Source: Salisapilia sapeloensis CBS 127946
Lineage: Eukaryota; Protista; Oomycota
Length of the DNA stretch: 52,088 nt
Assembly: GCA_023334545.1 (NCBI GenBank)
Contig: JAADVB010000127.1
Coordinates: 1-52,088, forward strand
Reading direction: 5' to 3'
In this document: piece after piece, positions 1-8,563 of the stretch
Layout: every line of letters starts with the position of its first letter
Position numbering within the stretch: the stretch's first letter is position 1
Position numbers and translations under genes: made by a program
The notes under the pieces: generated by a model
Database searches by the model: none
Seen by the model: only the letters and a program-made list of their open reading frames with translations
What the model was told of the DNA's origin: nothing

Positions 1-165
1 CTGCGGGTTCGCCCGCTGCGTCTCTGAGTCGCTCTGCTTGGCCACATGCTCTCGCTCCGACCTCAGCGTCTCCTCTGCCTTGTAGAACTGCCGAGTGCGA
101 AGGTAGTCACACACGAGGTCGAATACCTCGGACTCACCGAGACTCTGCTGCAAGTGGGATGACAT
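1..165 (-). CDS. 5' end (partial, runs off window) of a protein with an N-terminal LisH-like motif
   Basis: Manual translation from ATG at 165 (below ORF-track cutoff): MSSHLQQSLGESEVFDLVCDYLRTRQFYKAEETLRSEREHVAKQSDSETQRANPQ; open to the window edge; 'VFDLVCDYLRTRQFYKAEETLRSE' fits the LisH pattern L-x2-L-I/V-x2-Y-L-x3-G/x-F-x2-T/A-x3-L-x2-E. Confidence 0.6.
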   Translation of the reverse strand, partial: MSSHLQQSLGESEVFDLVCDYLRTRQFYKAEETLRSEREHVAKQSDSETQRANPQ

Positions 166-1652
166 GCTCACGTGTCTTGCTCTGTAGGACCAATTTGCGC
201 AAATGAAGATCAAGTCGGATGAGCGACTGGGGCTCGTCGATTGGTTCAAAATGGAGGCTGCTGTTCTTGTGGCCAATCTCGAACGTACGGAAATTGCAAC
301 ATGAACTCGGCGTAGGGTTTCAAATATCCAGGGTAAGAAAAGACTGATTTGTGTTTTAATTTCTTTTAAAGGAGTGGAGGTGGTGAAACGTCGTTTTGGA
401 TAAAATGCCATGAAGATCTTGGAGGGTAAAATTGTGGGATGGATGCACTCTTTGGGTCGGTGCTAGGGCTACCGTTTGATTTGCCAGAGGGAGTTATGAA
501 ACGGTCCCTCTTTTGGCAGTTGGTAGAAGTGGGATCGGAATGCACTAGACACCTTGGACGCTTAGTGCCAGCTCATCGTTTACGCCAAGCTCCTACTGAT
601 CAGTGCTTTCTGAAGGTTTGAGTCTAACATGTAGCTGTTTAGTACTGGCTCAGCGATATGTATTACTTTTCTTGGCACGATCATGTTTGTCGCGTGGCAA
701 TTGACGATGTATTGCAAACCCTACGATACATTCGCACGGCCATACTAATGGTAGGGGCTGCAATAGCCTATACACTCCAAGGAGAATCTGACATGCTTAT
801 CTTGCCGAGAAGAAACGATGCGCTTGCACAACAACTGCACTATTCCAACCAGCCCACTTGCAGTCGGTATCTACGAGTGGTACTTATGACAGCGATCAGG
901 ATAAGTTGCGTAGAAATGCATTTCCCGTCGCTCTTGTTTCTGCAGCAACCGCATCTTGACGTGGGAGGAAGGCTTCTTCGTGATTGGCATCTTATCATGG
1001 CTGCTGCTTTCGTCTACTTGAAGCCATGGAGATCGCTATGTCCATGTTATTTTGTGGACATAACAGTTGGGGCTATTTAACTGGGATGTAACTGCGACAT
1101 GGAAAATTTCAAACAGATCACGCTTCCCGCCAATTAGCACGAAGCTATATCAGGATCGATAAGATCGGGGAACCAGGTGCTACTTTAGGACGGACGATCG
1201 CATCTCGAGCTGAACCACTCTCGCAGTAGCTAACACGGAAACAGTTTACGCCGTTTCAACGGCTCGCGAAGGAAACCGGGGGCGCGAAAATAGGGCCCAA
1301 CGGCTGGTGGTGCCGTCCTCTGATTTCACGCTGTTTTTCTAGGACGCTTTTTAGAACGTAGGCACCGCATGATCTGTGAAGATCTCTGGCACGTCTCTTG
1401 CCGTCGAACGCGAGTCCGCCGCTTACTTGAACGGTACCGAACCGTCCAAAATATCCGAGTCCGAGCACGAGAAAATATTGCCGAGCCGACGTTGCCGACC
1501 TATCCTCCAGTTCAAACTATCCACAAGAAATGATCCAAAACTGTCCGACGCGACGCGACAACAACTGGTCTTTGTCCACTGTCTCAGTATTTTGTACCTG
1601 CTAGGCTGATGAAGCGGTTTCTATACAAAGCGCAAGAGTGAGCTGACATCAG

Positions 1653-1668
1653 GCTCATTTCCACTTCT
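1653..1668 (+). promoter_or_regulatory. Candidate oomycete-type initiator (INR) core promoter element upstream of DES1
   Basis: GCTCATTTCCACTTCT, about 40-55 nt upstream of the ATG at 1710; matches the YCATTYY initiator core; the FPR half matches only partly. Confidence 0.35.
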
Positions 1669-1709
1669 GCCGCGTCCGACTCAAAGCGACCGAGGAAACG
1701 TTTGGCGAG

Positions 1710-2795
1710 ATGTGCAAAGCAGATACCAACGCAAAGGAGGCGCCTACGCTGGACTCGCCCACGGCTGTCGAGGACACGCCGCTCGCAAACGAGTTTCCGG
1801 ACAAGCCTGACTATGCGCCTGCGCACACGTACGGAGATGACTTCCACTGGGTTTACACGGACGAACCGCATGCTACGCGTCGAAAGCAGATCCTGGCCAA
1901 ACACCCGGAAGTGAAGAAGCTCTTTGGCCACTGTCCGCGCACCAAGTACATTTGTTTGGCCGTGGTGGCGCTCCAGACCACATTGGCGTACTATGCGTCA
2001 TCCTGGAGTTGGCCAGTGTTCATCGCTGTCGCGTACATCGTGGGCGGAACAGCAAACCACAGCATGATGATGGGTATGCACGAATTGTCGCACAACCTGG
2101 GCTTTAAGCGCCCGGTGCACAACAAGATGTTGGCTCTCTTTGCCAATCTGCCGGTTGCCGTCCCGTCGGCTATCTCTTTCAAGAGATATCACATGGAGCA
2201 CCACAAATATCAGGGCGAGGACGGCGTTGATGTGGATCTGCCTACGCCGTTGGAAGGCCGGATCTTTAACAATATCCCGGCCAAGCTCTTCTTTGTTACC
2301 TTCCAAGTGCTCTTCTATAGTGTCCGCCCGATGATCGTGAATCCGAAACAGCCTGGCAAGTGGGAGTTGTACAACTACTTGGTCTGCTTCTCGTATGATG
2401 CTGCCATGGTCTACTTCTGCGGTGTTTGGTCTCTCGCCTACCTGTTGTTGAGTACGCTCTTTGGTGGTGGTATCCACCCAGTCGCTGGACACTTTATCGC
2501 CGAGCACTACGAGTTCATTCTAGGTATCGAAACGTACTCGTACTATGGCGTGTTGAACCGTGTGACGTTTAATGTCGGACTTCACAACGAGCATCATGAC
2601 TTCCCGTTCGTGCCTGGCTCCCGTCTGCACCAGCTGAACGCCATGGCACCCGAGTTCTACGACTCGCTTCCGCAGCACGAGAGCTGGACCTCGGTCATGA
2701 TCGATTACGTGATGAACCCTGCGATCGGCGCCCACTCTCGCATCAAGAGGAAGCAGATGGACGAAACCGCGCGCAACAAGCTCAAGGCGGAGTAG
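1710..2795 (+). CDS. DES1: Sphingolipid delta(4)-desaturase (DES1/DEGS1 family), single exon, 361 aa
   Basis: DFHWVYTDEPHATRRKQILAKHPE N-terminal Lipid_DES signature; three His boxes HELSH, HMEHH, HNEHH; HPVAGHFIAEHY; C-terminal KLKAE fits a KxKxx ER-retrieval motif. Confidence 0.95.
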   Translation: MCKADTNAKEAPTLDSPTAVEDTPLANEFPDKPDYAPAHTYGDDFHWVYTDEPHATRRKQILAKHPEVKKLFGHCPRTKYICLAVVALQTTLAYYASSWSWPVFIAVAYIVGGTANHSMMMGMHELSHNLGFKRPVHNKMLALFANLPVAVPSAISFKRYHMEHHKYQGEDGVDVDLPTPLEGRIFNNIPAKLFFVTFQVLFYSVRPMIVNPKQPGKWELYNYLVCFSYDAAMVYFCGVWSLAYLLLSTLFGGGIHPVAGHFIAEHYEFILGIETYSYYGVLNRVTFNVGLHNEHHDFPFVPGSRLHQLNAMAPEFYDSLPQHESWTSVMIDYVMNPAIGAHSRIKRKQMDETARNKLKAE

Positions 2796-2857
2796 GCAAT
2801 GTGAAGAAGAATGCATATTTGTTGGATCTAAAGGATGGAATGGAGAATAGTGTTGGT

Positions 2858-4106
2858 TTATTGCCTACGTCGTTTTGCTTGTTCGAGTCGATCGATGTAG
2901 TAGTTGGTATTTTCAATCGCAGCAAGAGGTTCCACACGTACGAGTAGCTTGTCTTTCGTGTCTTTAAAAGGTACTGACTCGTCTTGAAGCGTACGGACGT
3001 CAACGATGTGCGGGTCATCGTCTAGGATATTATCGTCGAAGAAGAAGGACATGACATCCTGCTCCTTGTGGTTTATCATGTCAACCGGTAGGACTTTACC
3101 TGCTTCGGCCACCTCTTCTTGATGGAACCAATATGGGTAAAAGTCTCGGAACGCCAGGGTAGCTTCCTCCTGCCTCCACTGCGTCGTTAGTAGATGGTGG
3201 ATGTGTCCTATCCCTCGTACCACTTGCAGATCGTCCAAGTCGTTCCCGTAGAACTCTTCAACCGATGTATCTGATAGGATCGTTGGTGGCTGCTTGAACG
3301 TGCCTAAAACTAGCACGATCTCTTCCTTTGTACGTAAAAAGGTTCCAAAGTGCCGAGATACTTTGTTTGTTAGATGCAGTCTTTTGTCAGGGAATTTCTC
3401 CATGGATCCATCGATTCGGATGTTTGGATCGGACGATGGATGGAAGTGAGGATGCTGATTCGAGCAAAAGAGATTGAACTCTTCAGCGATGGCATGTAGA
3501 TCGTTGCCAAACGTACGGAAGATGAGGTTGTAATGGATGCTATGGTCAGTTAGGAACTGGATGAGACGGAAGAAGGACGGGAGGATGTAGTAGAAGCTGT
3601 CGCTCGTATCGTGACGGAGTTGGGCCAGCAAAGCTGTGTGTTTGGAAGACAGGGATGCGCCTGCATGGCCTGGAGATGTGAAATGCCGACGCTCTTCACG
3701 ACGAACGTGCTTGTTGGCTTTAGACGTTGTAGGATCGGGATGCATTGGGTACTATGCGTCAAATCAGGAGGAGGGACCGACAGCAGACATGATAGAGCTA
3801 CCTTTTCACGAAGGAAGCTGCCGTATGTGGCGAGAGATGCTGTCTCTGATGACTTCTCACCTGCAATCTCCCATCGCAACTCGCCCTCGTGGTTCGTGAC
3901 GACACCCAACGCGTCTTCCGCCAGTAGATCGTTCAGCACGTGATGCAGGTCTTTACCTTGCGACGGGTCCTGCAAGATCATTGTCTAGGAACAGCTTATG
4001 CTATCAGATAGATACGATGATCTGACGTTGCAGTACTGTATACTTTGTTCACATCGAAGTACAGGATAAGATGCGGTGCATCCTCCAGCTCGGACGTCCG
4101 CTCCAT
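2858..4106 (-). CDS. Conserved uncharacterised HAD-superfamily-like protein, 3 exons
   Basis: Splicing introns 4043-3985 (59 nt) and 3801-3752 (50 nt) joins MERTSELEDAPHLILYFDVNK|TMILQDP...TYGSFLREK|YPMHPDP... to the 2858 stop. HAD-like motifs: LILYFDVNKT (motif I variant), LIFRTFG (motif II), FFFDDNI (motif IV). Confidence 0.75.
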
Positions 4107-4322
4107 GACCAAAAGTGCGTTCGTACCAGCTGTACCCTAGATTGCCATTCCATCACTAGTTTTTATGTAACTTTTATAAGCAAGTTATGGAATTTAAAAT
4201 AATGTTAATAAAAAGACATAGAATATTGTTTTCAGCAGAGTATTATCACTTTGAAGCGACGTTCTCTACGTTTCGATATAAAGTGACGTAGCTCGTCACA
4301 CCGACATAAACAGAATCCCGAC

Positions 4323-5365
4323 ATGAGTCAAGCTCAAGAGAAGCCTCTGGCGTTGATACTAGATGACGCTGCCTCGGAAGTGTACACCTTCTCCGACAAG
4401 TACGTCTCCCCCTTCCTGCAATCCAGCTCAGGATCTAACATGACCGACTAGAGTGAGCAATATCAAGCTCATGATCGCATTGAGCAATCCGGAGCATTAT
4501 GGTCATATCCTCAAGTACTTTTGTACGTCCTCTTTGCATATAAAACCTAGTCGTGTTTCTTATCAACAGTGCTATGCACCTGGCAGACCACGTAATGTGT
4601 CAATTGGAAGAATCGATCGAAAAGGCCAAAGAGGAACCTGCCATCCAAGGCCTCCACTCCATCATGAAGGAGCTCTCGAGGGTACATTTTATTTAAATCC
4701 ACCTCTAGACACGAATGCTCATCCTTTATAACGACAGAAAGAAGCAATGGAGAAGGATCTGACGTACTACTTGGGGGAAGACTGGAAGACCAAGAGTCCT
4801 CCGACAGACGCGACGCAGGCGTACGTCTCCCACCTCAAGGCGATCGCATCGGTGGATCCAGTCCTCCTCCTCCCTCACGTTTACCACCTGTACGGCATCC
4901 TCCTAGCCCACGGACAGACGATCCAGCAGTTTGTCGACTACAGCTTCACGCCGTACAAGGAGAAGAAGGAGCACCAAGGCCGTAGCAACCTGTACGACTT
5001 CCCTGGCAACCGCATGGTCCTCAAGAAGGTGCTCAAGGACAAGATCAACATTATCAAATGTGGTCTGCCTCTCCAGGAGAAGCTCAAGAACGAAAGCGTA
5101 CTCGTCTACCGAATGACCAACCAGGTCGTGCGCAGTCTCGAAGGAACGAGGTACTACCTCTTGCGTTGGATTCAAAAATGGATCGTCGTCATCCTACTCA
5201 TCTACCTAGTACGATTCCTTGTCATCATAGAGAAGAGAGAAATACTAACAATTGTTCTAGGCGTACTCGTTCTTCCAGTGGCAGGAAGCCAGGGCATTGG
5301 CGGATCGACTGCAGAAACAGGGACAAGAAGCACTGGAGAAAGCCACGCAAGTGCCAGAGATGTAG
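4323..5365 (+). CDS. Heme oxygenase-like protein (divergent active site) with C-terminal transmembrane helix, 5 exons
   Basis: GT-AG introns 4400-4451, 4523-4586, 4682-4737 and 5209-5260 (the last with a TACTAAC branch point) give one frame containing SEVYTFSDKVSNIKL, YFYHVMCQLEE, ELSRKEAMEKDLTYYLGEDW, PTDATQAYVSHL, LLLPHVYHLYGILLAHGQ, LYDFP, and the TM WIVVILLIYLAYSFFQW. These align with HO-1 blocks ELHRKAALEQDLAFWYG, TPATQHYVKRL and LVAHAYTRYLGDLSGGQ. Confidence 0.8.
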
Positions 5366-5383
5366 ACTCGAATTGAACAAAGC

Positions 5384-6643
5384 TTACCTATTCCTTCCTC
5401 TCTCTCGTCTTGGTGAACGACGTGGACTCCGACTCCGACGTCGGCGTCTCGGACTAGATGATCGGCTCCGACGTCGTCTTCGTGGACTTGATGATCGACT
5501 ACGACGTCGTCGTGGACTGGGAGACCGACGACGGTGTGTTGACCGTGGTTGTCGTCGATCCTTATTAGACTGCTTCTTGTCGTCCTGCGTCGGCTGCTTC
5601 CGTTTGTGTTTGTTCCAGAGCTTAGAGACGCTCTGACTAAAGTCCACTTTGATACGTCGGTCGTCCAGCAGGACGTTGTTCATCTTAAAGTATGCTTCTT
5701 CACACTGGTCTTTACTTTCGAACTCGACAAAGGCAAAGCAGAGCGAGTCGCCTGTCTTGTAGTCTCGAATGACTTCACTCTTACACTGACCGAAGCGAGC
5801 AAAGGCAATGTCCAAGTCTTCGCTCTGTGTCACCGGGTTCAGTTTGCACACGAATAAGACTTCTTCCGGAGGTTTCATGTCTGCATCCGGGAGATCTCCA
5901 ATCATTTCCAACACGACAGCTCGAGACTGAGCTTCATTTCGCTGGAGACTCTCCTCCACCTCTTGCTCCGATCGATTCGCGTCTGCACTCTCGACGGTCG
6001 AAGAGTACGGAATGCGCTCAGCTACCTGTTCATCCTTTGGTTTGGATGTTGGGGAGGATGGGGGGAGTGGGAGGAGAGGTGGATCCTCGAAAGGATCGTC
6101 TAGAATGTGCGTGTGGAGAATACGGACGTCCTGCAAAGGACGGTGCTCTTTGTCCACAAAGAGACCGTTGATCGTGTCAAGCGTATCGAATCCTTCAGCG
6201 ATTTCACCAAAGAGAGTATGACTTTTATCTAAGTAGTCTAGATCTGTGTCTCGAAGTGTGATGTAAAACTGCGAGCCGTTCGTATTTGGTGCTGCGCCTG
6301 CCATGCCCACCTACATGCTTAAACGTTAGTGATAGAAGCTGTAGAAAGAACGCAGAGGCTGTACCATGCCCTTCTTGTTGTGCGTGTACTTGGAGTTGAT
6401 CTCGTCATCAAAGAATCGAGCCTGTTCGCCGTACAGCTGACTGTAGACGGAAGCGCCACCTGTGCCAGTACCCGTGGGATCTCCCGTTTGGGCTAGAAAG
6501 TCACATTGGACAGAGAAAAAGAGGTGTCCGTGGTAGTACTTGAGCTTGCATAGCTTGAGAAAGTTCTTGCTCGCAAGAGGACAGTCGTCCGTGTATAGAT
6601 CAACGACAAACTCGCCTGCAGTCGTCTCCACGAGCACCGACAT
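5384..6643 (-). CDS. PPIL4: Cyclophilin-RRM-RS protein (CYP59/PPIL4/Rct1 type), 2 exons
   Basis: MSVLVETTAGEFVVDLY...AQTGDPTGTGTGG cyclophilin; intron 6364-6311 (54 nt, CTAAC); NGSQFYITL; RRM PPEEVLFVCKLNPVT...SLCFAFVEF...LLDDRRIKVDFSQSV; C-terminal (RSRSSSPRRRR)n tail. Confidence 0.95.
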
Positions 6644-6762
6644 GCTTTCGTTGTTTTTTATCTGGTCGGTACCTTTTCGGTACAGTTTCTCAGAATAGTA
6701 TATTTATTTGAAGGCTGTTTCGAAAAATAAGAGTTAAAGCGTGCTTTAGGATAAAAGTGGAA

Positions 6763-8154
6763 ATGACGGAGGAGAGCAGTGCTGTCGATGGCCTCCAGGT
6801 GCTCCAGGGTCTACGGGAACAAGTGATCAAAGGACGGCCGATTGAGGTCGAGGGAGACAACCTGGTCTTCAAAGGAGCCAGCAATGAGACGCTCGCGACG
6901 TACTCGAAGCACACGCCGACTGCCTTTGCTGCGAAATCGGGTAGTGGCAAGAACTACGATCTACTCGCTTGCTACACTTGCTTCCGTCATGCTAGTTTGA
7001 ACTTTAGTGAGTACGTGAAATGCTGTCGGAGTGAGAAAGCCACTGTCGTGTCCACTGTTGATAAAAAGGAGCTCCTGGCGTACTTGAAAGGAGACATTGA
7101 GACGTCTTCTCAGATCCAGACTGGAGAGCAGGAGAAGGAGAACGTCGCGGATACTTCCAAGGACCCCGAAAAAGAGCTAGGCAAACGGGAGAGCTCGACA
7201 CCAGTGGATGCACCGGTGAAGAAGCGGCGGACGGATGAAAAGGAGGAGAGCATGGCCAGGATCGCTGCAAGAGAGAGCTCTGTGCGCACGAGAACATCGG
7301 TGTTGATGGCTAAAAAGTCCTTCGAAGGTGTTCTCAAGACCGTGGAGACAGTCGACAAGGAGCTGAAGGAGCAGCAGCAAAAGGCCAACAAAGCGTCTGC
7401 CCAAGCTCCCGTGACGGCCAAGAAGGAGCAGAAGCCGTTGCACCGATTGATGGAAGAGAAGCTAGGAGGTGTGTATATTCGTACGAATTAATGATCGTCG
7501 TAGGTGCTAACGATTGGTCTAGGTACGCCGATCATCGTCGTACCTGCCGGGTTCTCGGACTTGTTTACGATGCTGAACGCTCGTGACTTTTTGGAAGACG
7601 GATCGTACGTTCCGAACTCTCAGAAGAAAAAGGAAGGAGAGAGAAAGAAGCAAATGCAGATCATCCATCACGAAGAGCAAGGACATACGTACACCTTTAA
7701 GCTCGTGGATAACGTCAGTCGATTCCGCGAAAAGGACTGGTACCTTTCTACTCTGCACGTTGAGTGGATACATTATGCTTAAATATGCTGTAGGAGACGA
7801 GTGGTTGGTGTCATTGTATCTGGACAGGCGTGGCAGTTTAAAGGCTGGAAGTGGAAGTTCCCGTTGGAAGTCTTCAAGAAAGGTACAAACTATACATCAA
7901 CTATCTATTTGCAGTCGCTCATTCCCACGTTAACTAGCGTGTGGCATCTACGTCCATCCGCAAGGGTCTCAGATTAGTGACGAAATCAAGCGTTGGGACG
8001 TCCGAATCCTCATGGTAACGCAGCATGCTATTGATGCTGTTGGATAAACACTGAGTGTCTGTAGATTCATCCGGATAAACGCCACTTGGATAAAGTGGCT
8101 GCACGAGAGTTTTGGCGCTACCTCTTCAGCTTTTTGCAGCTGAAGTTCCAGTAA
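6763..8154 (+). CDS. CDC73: PAF1 complex subunit Cdc73/parafibromin, 5 exons
   Basis: N-terminal VVSTVDKKELLAYLKG; introns 7469-7522, 7740-7793, 7883-7937 and 8015-8064 join the C-terminal domain TPIIVVPAG..FTMLNARDFLEDG, KDW|RRVVGVIVSGQAWQFKGWKW, KRHLDKVAAREFW. Confidence 0.92.
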
Positions 8155-8563
8155 GTATCCGTCGATGTGCTGAGCAGGACGGACTCGAGGCTAGACATGG
8201 TAGGTCGCACGGCAAAATATTTCATCTTGATTGCAAATGAGCTTTATCCTTCTCGTTACATTCGTCTACGTCTCGAAACATGCTGCTCGATGCTAGATAA
8301 AGTGTCCATCGCTTGGAAATGTATTTTTGTCCAAGACGTTTCGATTCCACCAGCAGCCTGCCAAGAGGTGTGTTGGCACGTCATTCAGGTAAACGGCATC
8401 GGTCACGCTGACGCGTGCATGCCAGTACTACAGCGTCTTCGTCGGTACACTCCTTCCATCTTGCGCTGCGCCTAGATTTCTCAATTCCATTCATAGCACG
8501 AGTCTCGTAATCTTTACTCCATTGCAACGACAATCGTTACAAGTCTCTCCGTTGACACCTACG

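Noticed and set aside
658-1080. 140-aa + strand ORF between the LisH gene and DES1
   Set aside because: No recognisable motif, atypical composition, no splice-supported extension; cannot be called.
4283-4299. GTGACG-TAGCT-CGTCAC inverted repeat in the HAD/HO bidirectional promoter
   Set aside because: 6-bp arms are within chance expectation; no second copy seen.
8150-8157. GTAAGT overlapping the CDC73 stop, a possible extra donor
   Set aside because: The Cdc73 C-terminal domain is already complete at this point; no convincing downstream exon found.
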